Source of the DNA: a virus
Lineage: Duplodnaviria > Caudoviricetes
Reading direction: 5' to 3' (one strand)
DNA length: 38,208 nt
IMG/VR virus record: IMGVR_UViG_3300014613_000052
Location: 1 to 38,208 of that record
Positions 1-9,158 of this stretch are shown here, piece after piece. Under the pieces are notes generated by a model, which saw nothing but the letters and a program-made list of their open reading frames with translations, did not search any database and was not told the origin of the DNA. Positions within the stretch are counted from its first letter, which is position 1; each line of letters opens with the position of its first letter. A program made the translations under genes and the position numbers.

Positions 1-57
1 TGTAAACCGCCGCGAAAAGTGAAAGTTCTGCGACGCGTGGACTGAAAGTCGGAACAG
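1..57 (+). repeat. Left phage end with putative transposase-binding sites
   Basis: TGT terminus; AAGTGAAA at 17-24 mirrored 17-24 nt in from the right end; TGAAAGTCGGAACAG at 43-57 recurs near the right end. Confidence 0.75.
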
Positions 58-97
58 GCCCCGAAACGCCCCTGCAAAGCCGCTGAAACGGTAGTCG

Positions 98-110
98 AAT
101 CAAGGGGTTA
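98..110 (+). promoter_or_regulatory. IHF-binding site candidate (left end)
   Basis: AATCAAGGGGTTA is a perfect match to WATCAANNNNTTR. Confidence 0.6.
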
Positions 111-147
111 GCGGTACGATGCGCCCGGGGCCATCTTTTCTTTTGCG

Positions 148-633
148 TCAGGTGCCTGCGGGGTATTCGGGCCGGTTTGGCAGGGTCCCCAGGCCGGTAG
201 AAACGATGGCGCGCAGCTCAGCGCGGTAGGCCTTCCAGGCCTCAGGAACCGGCACACCACCCTCATAACAGCGTCCGACGGTTTGGTCGGATTTGTCGAG
301 CAGTGCTTGGGCTTCGCGCTTCAATTGAGCTGCAATCTGTGCGGGAGTAGGGCCAGGATCTGCCGTGAGGTGGTTTTCAGGCGGCTCGACCTCGGCCTCG
401 GTGATGACATGCCGAGTGCGCTCGGGCGTCCAGTACTCGAAGCCGCGATAGTCGGGCACAACGACCCAGGATTCACCCACGCGTTTCGCGACCTCAAACT
501 GCCCGACAACCGGCGGGGCATCCTCGAACGCGCCGAAGGGAACCCAGAACTTGCCTTCCTCTTCGGGGTTGGGCGGGCAGTCCACAGGGCCGACGAAATA
601 GCCCAGAGAATCGGTTTGGAAATGGGTTTTCAT
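148..633 (-). CDS. Tail fibre assembly (Tfa-like) chaperone
   Basis: Follows tail fibre gene; 'W..VPDYRG..YW' and C-terminal 'WKAYRAELRAI' motifs typical of tail fibre assembly proteins. Confidence 0.8.
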   Translation of the reverse strand: MKTHFQTDSLGYFVGPVDCPPNPEEEGKFWVPFGAFEDAPPVVGQFEVAKRVGESWVVVPDYRGFEYWTPERTRHVITEAEVEPPENHLTADPGPTPAQIAAQLKREAQALLDKSDQTVGRCYEGGVPVPEAWKAYRAELRAIVSTGLGTLPNRPEYPAGT

Positions 634-645
634 GGCGTTTGCACC

Positions 646-1374
646 TCAACGGCGATAGCGGATTTGGGGGAACAGAACGACGGAGCGGACCGTGTTCTCA
701 GCCCCTCCAGTCCACGTGGTTTCGAACGTCCCTGCGGTGCCACTGCCGTTGGTGGCGTTCGAGGTGTTGTCGCCCTCGCTCGTACCGAATGGAACGCCGT
801 GGGGGTGAGCCTTGACCTCGTCGGAGAGATATTGGCCAATCAGCGCGGTGGTGTTGGTGGTGTAGGTGCCATCCCCGTTGTGATACGACTTGATGACCAG
901 GCCAGGGATTTTGGGAACGCGGAAGGTCGTACCGCCCACGCCGCCAGGTCCGTAGCCGAAACAGCCAGGCCGACTGGGGAAAGTGGCCTCGTCCACCAGA
1001 GCACCAGAGGCCTGGGCAAATGCCCACAGGTCGGCGTAAGCGCCCGTGCGGCTGACTTCCACGCCAAATGCCGGTGCATGCCCAACGCTCGCGGCCGTGG
1101 CGGGCACGTAGGAGATTTTCCCGACCTCGCCAGCGTTTGACGCCACGGTCACGAAATTGGCCAGCAGAGCCTGCAGGAGCTGGTCGCGAGAGCCCGAAGC
1201 CAAAGCCACCCCGAAGTATTCGATGAGGTTGGCGATTTCTTCCTGGATGTGGTTTGCCCAATCCGGTGTGAAAAAGGTCGCGGGGAGATTGGCGGCCGGG
1301 TTACCGCCCTGGAAGCCATGTTTCCCGGGACCAAAAAGGTCCAGGGCGACGTTGGCGGAGTCGATGCGTTTCAT
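646..1374 (-). CDS. Short tail fibre protein with tail-collar domain
   Basis: N-terminal baseplate-attachment motif (MKRID...DWANHIQEEI), collar-like 'VSRTGAYADLW...TTFRVP', C-terminal 'HPH...TGGAEN.VR'. Confidence 0.8.
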   Translation of the reverse strand: MKRIDSANVALDLFGPGKHGFQGGNPAANLPATFFTPDWANHIQEEIANLIEYFGVALASGSRDQLLQALLANFVTVASNAGEVGKISYVPATAASVGHAPAFGVEVSRTGAYADLWAFAQASGALVDEATFPSRPGCFGYGPGGVGGTTFRVPKIPGLVIKSYHNGDGTYTTNTTALIGQYLSDEVKAHPHGVPFGTSEGDNTSNATNGSGTAGTFETTWTGGAENTVRSVVLFPQIRYRR

Positions 1375-1953
1375 TTACAGCTCCGTGTTGAAGAAAACGA
1401 GGGCGAGGGTGTGCGCGGGCTTGTATCGATCGACCGCGCAGAAAATCGGCTCATTGCCCCATCGAGCCAGGGGAACATCACAAGGGCTGGCGCACGTGGC
1501 GTATTCGATGAGCAGCTCTTGAGGCACCTGCAGCGCCCACACGAACCGCCAGTCGTCGTCCTGGTAGACGCCAGCGTCGCAGGGGTCCTCGCAGGTCGCG
1601 CCACGGAACTCACGCACCGAGGCGCCCGTGTAGCCGAGCTGCTCGGCCACGGCCACCATCTGACCGGCCGAGAGGTTGCCGCGCGCGGTGATCTTGTTGA
1701 CCACGTCGGCACGGCGGCGCTCGATGCTGCTGCTCAGGCCAGCGCAGGGGTCTGGAAGGCTGTAGACGCGCTCCCAATCAGGCAGAGAGAGCTGGGTGGA
1801 TGCAGGGTCGTGCTCGACCAGGATCTGGGCGGCCGAGCGCAGCACGTCGCCGAGCGGGGCCGACGTGGCCACGCACTCGTCGCGCACGGTGGCCGCGTTG
1901 GGGTCGTATGAGACCGGCGGCAGGCTGCGGAGCAGGGCTTCCAGGATCTGCAT
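1375..1953 (-). CDS. Baseplate protein, Mu gp48-like (DUF2313/YmfQ)
   Basis: 'LPDWERVYSLPDPC', 'YKPAHT' motifs; position after baseplate J. Confidence 0.88.
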   Translation of the reverse strand: MQILEALLRSLPPVSYDPNAATVRDECVATSAPLGDVLRSAAQILVEHDPASTQLSLPDWERVYSLPDPCAGLSSSIERRRADVVNKITARGNLSAGQMVAVAEQLGYTGASVREFRGATCEDPCDAGVYQDDDWRFVWALQVPQELLIEYATCASPCDVPLARWGNEPIFCAVDRYKPAHTLALVFFNTEL

Positions 1954-1957
1954 GGCC

Positions 1958-3022
1958 TCACTCCGTCAGTGCGATGACGCCCAGCTCCACCATCTCCACC
2001 ACGATCGCGTCGACCGTCGGGGTGATGTTGGCCAGCGGGCTGGTGAGGGTCACGTCACGCACACCAGGCACGTTCACGATGGTGGCCTCGATGCGGACCT
2101 TGTGCAGGGTCTCGCCAGGCTCGCTGTCGTAGAAGATGCGCTGCAAGCCGCTTTCAATCTGGGGGGTCACCTCGGCCAGGCTGATGCCCGGCTCCAGCAC
2201 CAGCGTGCCGGTGATGTTCACGACGACCGGAGTCGGGGCGACGGCCATGAAGCCGTCAGCGCCCATGCCAACCGGCTTGCGCGGGTCGATGTAGGCCTGC
2301 ACATCGTCGAGCAGCTGGGCCGATGGCAGGCCGTTTTCAGGCATGGGCACCAGGTCGACCGTGCCAACGCCTCGGCGCAGCGTGAACACGAAGGCGCGAC
2401 GCACGCCAGGCACCTCAAGCGCCCAGGTTCGGTAGTCGTTGCGGTTGCCACCTTGAGCGGGCTGGCTCAGCACGAACAGCAGGCGCTCAAGCAGCGCGGG
2501 AATCGTCTCGGCATCCGAGCCGCCAGCCATAGACACGATGGAGCCAGTGGCCACGCCTGCAGGCGCTCCGTTGAGCAGCGCGGCGGTGATGGCGGACACG
2601 TTGGCAGCCTGGCCAGGCTTCTCGGCGGATGCCGTGGCATCGACCGTGCCACCGCCGCCGATGGTGACCGCCTGAGTGGTCACGTAGCTGGCCACCGTGG
2701 TCGACAACACGGTGCCGGCCGGGATGACGGTGCCGGCGGTGCCGGCGAAGCGCACAGAACCGACAGCCAGCTTGGCCACCTTGCGGGGCACACCGCGCTG
2801 GGCTGCCATCTTCTCCAGGATGTCCTCGTCAGCCAGGTCAGGAAACGCCTGGCGCCAGACCCACGCCTGGTGGGCATAGAGCTGCTCGGCGACCGCTGCA
2901 ACAGCGCAGGCGCGCACGTAGTGATCGCTGTCGGGGCCGGTGGCGGCCGAAGGATTGACGGCCAGGACCTGCAGCAGGTAGCGGTCACGGGTCTGCTCGA
3001 AGGTGGGGGTTTGAAACGGCAT
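1958..3022 (-). CDS. Baseplate J-like wedge protein (Mu gp47)
   Basis: 'GG.D.E', 'GGNRNDYRTWALEVPGV..AFV..RRGVGTVD' motifs. Confidence 0.93.
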   Translation of the reverse strand: MPFQTPTFEQTRDRYLLQVLAVNPSAATGPDSDHYVRACAVAAVAEQLYAHQAWVWRQAFPDLADEDILEKMAAQRGVPRKVAKLAVGSVRFAGTAGTVIPAGTVLSTTVASYVTTQAVTIGGGGTVDATASAEKPGQAANVSAITAALLNGAPAGVATGSIVSMAGGSDAETIPALLERLLFVLSQPAQGGNRNDYRTWALEVPGVRRAFVFTLRRGVGTVDLVPMPENGLPSAQLLDDVQAYIDPRKPVGMGADGFMAVAPTPVVVNITGTLVLEPGISLAEVTPQIESGLQRIFYDSEPGETLHKVRIEATIVNVPGVRDVTLTSPLANITPTVDAIVVEMVELGVIALTE

Positions 3023-3033
3023 TGCAGGCTCGC

Positions 3034-3417
3034 TTACGCCACAGGGACGTGATGGGTGAAGGCCACCGTGTTGCCGGACGCGTCAACCACGGTGATCTGC
3101 AGGTGCAGCGACTTCGAGGCGTCGGCCATCGGTTGCAGCAGGGTGGCGATGTCGATGCTGCGGGCGCGCCCGTCATCGAGCAGGCCCTTGAGCGCATCGC
3201 GGGCGTACTGCCTAGCCAGCAGGTCGATGTTGGGCATCGCCTTGGCTCGGGCCAACTCATGCAGCCGCGAGCCCAGGCCCGTGTTGGCCCAGTACGAACC
3301 CAGCGGCGTGACCAGGCGCAGATAGATCGCGTTGGCCAGGCCTCGGGCTGGGTCTCGCTGCAGGTCCGTCCCGGTGTTGACGTAGGCAGCAGTTTTGGGG
3401 TCGATGAAGGCGTCCAT
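3034..3417 (-). CDS. Baseplate protein, Mu gp46-like
   Basis: 'GSYWA...LGSRL..L.R.K...ARQYA.DAL..L.DDGRA' motif; synteny. Confidence 0.9.
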   Translation of the reverse strand: MDAFIDPKTAAYVNTGTDLQRDPARGLANAIYLRLVTPLGSYWANTGLGSRLHELARAKAMPNIDLLARQYARDALKGLLDDGRARSIDIATLLQPMADASKSLHLQITVVDASGNTVAFTHHVPVA

Positions 3418-3989
3418 CACATCTGCTGGGTGGGTTGATCGGTGGGGCCGGAGTTGTTGTTCTCTTCGTGCACGTGGTCGTTGAAGACGTCGCGCATGGC
3501 CTGCATGGATGTCCCGTCGCCGTCGACCTGGTCGGTGATGCTGCCCACGGCCGCCACATTGCCGCCCACCAGCAAGCTACCGGTGGTCTCGGTCAGCGGG
3601 CTTTCGATCAGCACGCGCACACCGGCCTTGATGTGCACCTGGCCTTCGCGCTTGAGGTGGACCCAGGAACCGTCCTGGGTGTAGAGGGCGGCCTCGCCAC
3701 GTTCGTTGAGCACCAGGCGGTGGGCGCTGTGCTCGGTGGCCACGATCACGCTGGCGCTCGTGCGGCCACCCAGAGGCACGACGATGGCGGTGGTGCCATC
3801 GGGGGGCGTGCTGGTGAAGCCAAAGTGCTGCATCAGCTCCAGGCCCGGCACCGGCTCACCGGCCAGGCCGTCTACGTTGGCCAGTTGCACGGGCTTGGCC
3901 ATGGCCAGCTTGCCGATGACGGCGCGGAAAGGGGCGCGCAGCAACGAGAGCGCCCTGGCCACTTGGGCCTTGATGGCGGCCGGGCTCAT
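3417..3989 (-). CDS. Baseplate spike protein, Mu gp45/gpV-like
   Basis: 'QHFGFTS.PP', 'GE.ALY', C-terminal HxH metal-binding tip (DHVH). Confidence 0.92.
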   Translation of the reverse strand: MSPAAIKAQVARALSLLRAPFRAVIGKLAMAKPVQLANVDGLAGEPVPGLELMQHFGFTSTPPDGTTAIVVPLGGRTSASVIVATEHSAHRLVLNERGEAALYTQDGSWVHLKREGQVHIKAGVRVLIESPLTETTGSLLVGGNVAAVGSITDQVDGDGTSMQAMRDVFNDHVHEENNNSGPTDQPTQQM

Positions 3990-5083
3990 TGAGCACCTCC
4001 AGGCACGATGTCGATGATCTTGCCAACGGGCTTGCCGCGCTTGTGCTTGCGGCGCTTGGCGCTCTGCGGCCGTGCTGCCAGCGCCCAGGCGCCGTCTTCA
4101 CGGAAGGTCAGGGTGGTGAACTGCGGCAGGCCAGAGAAGCGGCGAGCCATCAGGAAGAACACGTCGTCAACGCCCAGGTCCTCAACCACCACACGAACGC
4201 GCTGGCCAGGGGTCCACAGCAGGCCCGAGTCGGTGCGGTGGCCCCTGACCATCACCTGCAGCTCGTAGCCACGCACACGGGCATCGGAGATGAACTTGCG
4301 GGCCTGCGAGGCCGCGATGGTCTCGTTGACGGCTTCGTGATCGACCACGATCTTGGGGCGGTGCGTGGTGACAGCCTGGTCGCGCACCACCGACTTGACA
4401 GCGTGCCGACCATCTCGGGCGCCCGTCGCGTGGGCTTGGCCCAGCACGGTCACCTCGCTGAATCGCTCGGACGCGTTGGCGGTCTCGCTTGCCTCGACGA
4501 TGTTGTTGCCGACGCCATCTCGGCGCATGGTCAACGTGGCCACGGGTGGCCGGGAGTAGTCGGGGCCACCCACCACCAGGGTGCCATCGGGCTCAAACCA
4601 TGGCCACAGGCCGTTGGCTTCGGCTGCGCGCTGCAGGGCTGACCATGCAGGCTCACCTGGCTCGATGGAGACGCGATCGCGGGTCGTGGTCGAGTCGGCA
4701 TCAATGCGGATGCCCTTGATGCCCAGCGGGCGCACGACCTTGGCGACGATCTGCTCCAGCGTCAGCTCTTCGGCCGACCAGATCGGCGCGCTGCAGTCCA
4801 GCAGCAGGCCAGCCAGGTCACGGCCGCGCAGGTCGAGGCTTTGCGTGCCACGGCGAACGGCCTGGGTGCGGGTGTCCAGGAAGCCGGTCATGACCAGATC
4901 GCCGCCCACCTTGATCTGGGCCGACACGGCATCCTTGACGACGCTGGGCACCTCGAGGCGGTCCTGCTGGATCGAGACGGACCAGGCGTCTGCTGGCGTG
5001 AGCAGGTCCGAGTCCACCTCGTAACGGTCCCAGCCGCTGTGCGTGCGACCGCCGATGATCACTTCGACCTGGTCAGCGGGCAT
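3986..5083 (-). CDS. Baseplate hub/tail protein, Mu gpP (gp44)-like
   Basis: 'DSDLLTPADAW', 'GRDLAG.LLDCSAP', 'LWTPGQRV'; start reassigned to ATG at 5083 (MPADQ). Confidence 0.9.
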   Translation of the reverse strand: MPADQVEVIIGGRTHSGWDRYEVDSDLLTPADAWSVSIQQDRLEVPSVVKDAVSAQIKVGGDLVMTGFLDTRTQAVRRGTQSLDLRGRDLAGLLLDCSAPIWSAEELTLEQIVAKVVRPLGIKGIRIDADSTTTRDRVSIEPGEPAWSALQRAAEANGLWPWFEPDGTLVVGGPDYSRPPVATLTMRRDGVGNNIVEASETANASERFSEVTVLGQAHATGARDGRHAVKSVVRDQAVTTHRPKIVVDHEAVNETIAASQARKFISDARVRGYELQVMVRGHRTDSGLLWTPGQRVRVVVEDLGVDDVFFLMARRFSGLPQFTTLTFREDGAWALAARPQSAKRRKHKRGKPVGKIIDIVPGGAQ

Positions 5084-6323
5084 AGGCTTGCACCTCTTCA
5101 CCGGCTTCGATGAACACCTGGCGACCCCAGTCATTGAGGCGCTGCAGCTCGGCCGCGCGAGTGTGGTCCCCGTACAGGGCGTGGGCCAGCAGGCGCGAGT
5201 GGCCACCGACCGGCGCCTGGATGCTGATCACGGGCGGGCGCAGCTCCAGGGCTGAGCGAGCGGCCTCCTGCACCTCATGTGCTGCCTGGGACAGCAGGAT
5301 GGCCACCTCGGGGCCGCGCTGGCCATCCAGGGCCGTGCGGGCCGATTGCATGGCGAGCTGCAGGGCGGTGCGTGCGACGGCCGCCAGGCGCTCGATCTCG
5401 GCGCGCTGCAGGGCCAGCAGGTCCAGCTCGGCCGCCAGGATGGTGCAGGCCGAAGAGGCGACGGCCGTGGCGTTGAGCGTGCGGGCCATGGCGGTCAGCG
5501 CGGCGCTGACCTGGATGTCCTGCAGCTCTGAGCTGATCGGGCTGATGACGACGGTGGCGCTTTGCTCCTGCGCCAGGCGGTTGAAGTCGCTGACGGCCGC
5601 GCCCATGGAAATGGTGCTGACATCGCCTTTGAACAGGCCATTCAAGCCACCCAGCGAAAGGCCAGACACAGCGCCGTCGACGATCGAGCGCAGGTCACCC
5701 AGGGCCGAGCGCGGGTAGAGCAGCGGATCCAGGTCGGCCAGCAGCACGCGCACGCCCGTCATGTTGAGCAGGCCGCTGAGCTTGGTCTTGGCCGACGTGA
5801 AGGCGGCGTTGATCTCGGTGACGCGCGGAAGCGGGCCACCAGCGATGGTCTCGACGATGCTGGCCACGGCGTTGGTCGCGGTGTCGCGCGCCTGCTCACC
5901 CAGGTCGGCTACGCGATCGGCGCTGAGCTGTGCGGCTGGCGAGGTGAAGACGCCACCACGGGGGGTGTGCTCCATGAAGGAGATAGAAACCAGCGCCGAG
6001 TCAACGGCCTCGGCTTCATGGTGCACGCGCCAGCGGCCAGCGATGACCTGGCGCAGGCCATAGATGGGGTGCATGAGCTCGCCTGGGCCGGTTTGGCCCA
6101 GGGCAGCCAGCAAGGCGTTGAGCGCGGTTTCGTAGTCGTCGCCGCGAAGCAGCGCGGTGACCTCGAACGTCAACGGGTCGTTGCCCATGTCCTCAAGGTC
6201 AGCACCAGCGACGTAGGGCAGTTGAGTGGCAGCGACCGACTTGCCGCCCGAGTCATCGACGGCCAGCACCTCGAAGCGAACACCACGGAATGCGGCGTCT
6301 TGCAGGGATTGGCTCCAGCTCAT
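5073..6323 (-). CDS. DNA circularisation/tail protein, Mu gpN-like
   Basis: N-terminal 'W..LQDAAFRGVRF', 'GPGELMHPIYG'; position after tape measure. Confidence 0.92.
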   Translation of the reverse strand: MSWSQSLQDAAFRGVRFEVLAVDDSGGKSVAATQLPYVAGADLEDMGNDPLTFEVTALLRGDDYETALNALLAALGQTGPGELMHPIYGLRQVIAGRWRVHHEAEAVDSALVSISFMEHTPRGGVFTSPAAQLSADRVADLGEQARDTATNAVASIVETIAGGPLPRVTEINAAFTSAKTKLSGLLNMTGVRVLLADLDPLLYPRSALGDLRSIVDGAVSGLSLGGLNGLFKGDVSTISMGAAVSDFNRLAQEQSATVVISPISSELQDIQVSAALTAMARTLNATAVASSACTILAAELDLLALQRAEIERLAAVARTALQLAMQSARTALDGQRGPEVAILLSQAAHEVQEAARSALELRPPVISIQAPVGGHSRLLAHALYGDHTRAAELQRLNDWGRQVFIEAGEEVQAYAR

Positions 6324-8149
6324 TGGCGCTTGCCCTTCTGGTCCTGACGGGCCGTGACCGTTGCCTCGATCTGGCGGCCGTCCAGGTGCACGTTGACCTG
6401 CACGGGACGTTCGGCCACGCTCATGATGGCGGCGGCGATGCCAGCGTCACCAGACATGGCGCTGAGCATGGGGTTGTCGGCGACCTCGGTGAAGTTTTCG
6501 AGGTTGTTCTCGACCGTGCGGGTCGAGGTCATCGACGCGATCGCACCCATGCCGGCAAGCGTGGCACCGCCAACGCCCAGCGCGGCACCACCGACAGCCG
6601 TGGCACCGGCAACCGTTGTGCGCCCCACGATTCCAGCTCCGCCTGAAAGCAGGTTCACAGCACCTGCAGCAGCTGCTGCAGCTGCCATTCCAGTGACTGC
6701 CACTTTCGCGCCCTCCAGCGCCTCCGCGAACCCCGGGTACCGCTGGTAAAGGTCGATCTGAGCCTCGGCCAGTTTGGAGACGGCCGAGTTGGCGCCGGTC
6801 ATGGCTTCCGTCTGTGCGCGCTCGACCTCAAAGTTGCGCTGGTCAAACTTGTAGCCGGCGCCTTCGGTGATGAGCGCTGCAGCCGAATCAATGGTCCCCT
6901 TGGAGCCGTTGATTTCAGAGCTGACCCGGGCTAAGTACTCCCGGTTGTTCATCAGGCCGATCAAGGCCATCAGGGCTTGGCGATCTTGAATGACCTTCCC
7001 AACCGAAGAGCCCTGCAGCAGGTCAGCCTGGGCGGACATGGCTGCAGCGCGATCACTGCCCTGCGCCGATTGGGCGGCCTTCTTAGCCGCAACAAACCGA
7101 GGGTCTGATCCGACCACCTTGTCGACCAGGCCGACAAAGGCGTCAAGCGAGTTCATGCCCTTTGAATTGGCGCGAGCAAGAGACCCGGTCAGGTCAATGC
7201 CTTGTGATGCAAAGTCGCGCGCCGTGTCGGAGCTGGAAATCTTGCCCAGCAGGTTGACCAGGTTGTTGCCTGCCTCGTCGCGGGTGCCTGCAGTGATGAC
7301 CGACGCCTGGTTGGCAGCGAGCAAGGTGGTCATTCCAGACATGCCCTGCAAGCCGATGCTCCGTGCTGCTGCCATCTGCTGCGGCAGCCACTTGGCCATG
7401 TCGCGCAGCTCAAAGCCGCCAGCCTGGCCAGCGCCCATGGAGCGATCCAGCAGGTCCTGCAAGCCAGCGGCATCGCTGATGCCCATGCTTTGCCGCGCTC
7501 GAATGGCAATGGTGGCCAGCTCACCTGGTGCGGCTCCTGAGGCAGTGGCGCCGCGCATGAGCACGGGCAGCACTGCCAGTGCCTCGTTCACGTCCTTGTA
7601 AGTGCCGCTGCCCACCAGCTCGTTGAGCGCCGACATCGCCTGATCACGCGACCCTCCGCCGGCACGAACAGCGCCTACGATGCCTGCGTTGATGTTGGCC
7701 ATGCCTGCCCGGCGTTCATCCAACGGGCGGCCACCGTAGGCCGTGTTGGCCAGCCTGCGCAGCTCGGTGTCGTAGTCAGCAGCTTTGCGCAGCGGGTCGG
7801 CCACGACGTGGCTGAAGGCGAGGGACCCCGCAAGGGCACCAGCGCCACCACGCAGCAAGCCGCCCAGCTTGCCGCTGAGCTGCTGCAGCTTGGACATCTC
7901 GCGGTGCGCGCGCGCGGTTTCATCGCCGAGGTTGCGCACCTCCCTGGCGGCCTGCCGGGCGCCGCTGGCGTTCTTGCCGACCTTGGCCAGGTTGTCGGCG
8001 ACCGAGGCAGTGCTGCGGGCCGTCTTGTCCGAGTTGCTGGCCAGCTCCCGCATCTGAGATGAAGCCTGGCTGACCACCCGTTGCAGCGGGGCGATCAGCT
8101 TGTCCTTGAGAGACAAGCTCATGGCCAGGTTCAGGTCAGGGGTGGTCAT
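6320..8149 (-). CDS. Tail tape measure protein
   Basis: 609 aa, Ala-rich and helical; 'AGQAGGFELRDMAKWLP' core; position after tail chaperone. Confidence 0.9.
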   Translation of the reverse strand: MTTPDLNLAMSLSLKDKLIAPLQRVVSQASSQMRELASNSDKTARSTASVADNLAKVGKNASGARQAAREVRNLGDETARAHREMSKLQQLSGKLGGLLRGGAGALAGSLAFSHVVADPLRKAADYDTELRRLANTAYGGRPLDERRAGMANINAGIVGAVRAGGGSRDQAMSALNELVGSGTYKDVNEALAVLPVLMRGATASGAAPGELATIAIRARQSMGISDAAGLQDLLDRSMGAGQAGGFELRDMAKWLPQQMAAARSIGLQGMSGMTTLLAANQASVITAGTRDEAGNNLVNLLGKISSSDTARDFASQGIDLTGSLARANSKGMNSLDAFVGLVDKVVGSDPRFVAAKKAAQSAQGSDRAAAMSAQADLLQGSSVGKVIQDRQALMALIGLMNNREYLARVSSEINGSKGTIDSAAALITEGAGYKFDQRNFEVERAQTEAMTGANSAVSKLAEAQIDLYQRYPGFAEALEGAKVAVTGMAAAAAAAGAVNLLSGGAGIVGRTTVAGATAVGGAALGVGGATLAGMGAIASMTSTRTVENNLENFTEVADNPMLSAMSGDAGIAAAIMSVAERPVQVNVHLDGRQIEATVTARQDQKGKRQ

Positions 8150-8424
8150 GGCTTGGGCGGTGCGGTTTGCGACTTGCGGCGGGTTGCGATGTAGGTCTTG
8201 GGTTCAGACCTGGTGACGACTGCCTGGCGCCCCGAAGGGCCACGCGCGCGAGGGGGCGGGTTGGGCCTGGTTGGGCTCGGGCTGACCTTGTCGATGACCC
8301 AGGCCAGGTCGCCCATGCTCAGGTTGTGGAGGTGTGCTGGATCGAGGTGGTGTCTGGCGCACCAGACGAGGACGTGGAGCCACCAGCTGCTTGCGGCGTC
8401 TCCACGACGCCCAGCAGCTTTTTT
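8146..8424 (-). CDS. -1 frameshift extension of tail assembly chaperone (G-T-like product)
   Basis: Slippery A AAA AAG at 8418-8424; -1 frame open to TGA at 8146-8148, overlapping the tape-measure ATG. Confidence 0.8.
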   Translation of the reverse strand, partial: KKAAGRRGDAASSWWLHVLVWCARHHLDPAHLHNLSMGDLAWVIDKVSPSPTRPNPPPRARGPSGRQAVVTRSEPKTYIATRRKSQTAPPKP

Positions 8425-8750
8425 TCCATGTCAGCGCTTTCCCGATCGAGGTGGTTCCAGTCCTTCGGGTGCAGGGTGCGCACCAGGGCGGTGGTGACCT
8501 GCGGCTGCTCACCGTGCTTGCCGGCTGCAGCCAGGCCATCGAACGTGGTGAGCGTGCCCAGCTTGACCAGCTGGCGGGCCATCATCGCGGTGCCGATTCG
8601 CAGCGGGTTGGTGTCCTCGCCGGACTCGACCAGCTCTTCGGTGACCTCGATGTTGTCGAGCACCGTGGGCGAGCGCATCTCGAAGTCGCGGTGCAAGACA
8701 CCGTCGACCTCGATGCCAATGGGAAGGGTGCCGGTGATCTTCACGGTCAT
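8319..8750 (-). CDS. Tail assembly chaperone (Mu gp41-like)
   Basis: Between tube and tape measure; 'LPIGIEVDGVLHRDFEMR'. Confidence 0.85.
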   Translation of the reverse strand: MTVKITGTLPIGIEVDGVLHRDFEMRSPTVLDNIEVTEELVESGEDTNPLRIGTAMMARQLVKLGTLTTFDGLAAAGKHGEQPQVTTALVRTLHPKDWNHLDRESADMEKKLLGVVETPQAAGGSTSSSGAPDTTSIQHTSTT

Positions 8751-9124
8751 TCCTTGACTTCACGCACGGCGACCATGCTGATGTTTTTCCGGGCCTCGTT
8801 GTCGACGTCGTAGGTCTCGCCCACGGAGGTGGTGAAGCAGTCCAGGTAGCTGACCCGCTCGCCCTGGCCGTCGATCGGCTCACGGGTGACCTTGCCGCGC
8901 TCGATGTTGGCCCAGTCGGGCTCGCTGCCGTCCTTGGGCACCACCACAGTGAGCGACAGCTCGTAGCGGCGGACGCCCTTCTTGAAGCCCGCGATGTTGC
9001 GCGTGCGGTTCATGGTGGCCACCGGAGACATGCCGGTCACGACCTGGACGGACATGGCCGTGCAGTCGATCTCGCGGCCGTCGATCTCCAGAACGACCGC
9101 GCCGGTGAATTCTTCAGAGGGCAT
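8747..9124 (-). CDS. Tail tube protein
   Basis: 125 aa directly after sheath; beta-rich. Confidence 0.85.
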   Translation of the reverse strand: MPSEEFTGAVVLEIDGREIDCTAMSVQVVTGMSPVATMNRTRNIAGFKKGVRRYELSLTVVVPKDGSEPDWANIERGKVTREPIDGQGERVSYLDCFTTSVGETYDVDNEARKNISMVAVREVKE

Positions 9125-9158
9125 TGCAAACTCCTTTCAATGGTTGATCAGCGGTCGA

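Noticed and set aside
148-1400. Invertible G-segment or DGR-type fibre diversification
   Set aside because: No invertase, flanking inverted repeats, reverse transcriptase or template/variable repeat pair seen.
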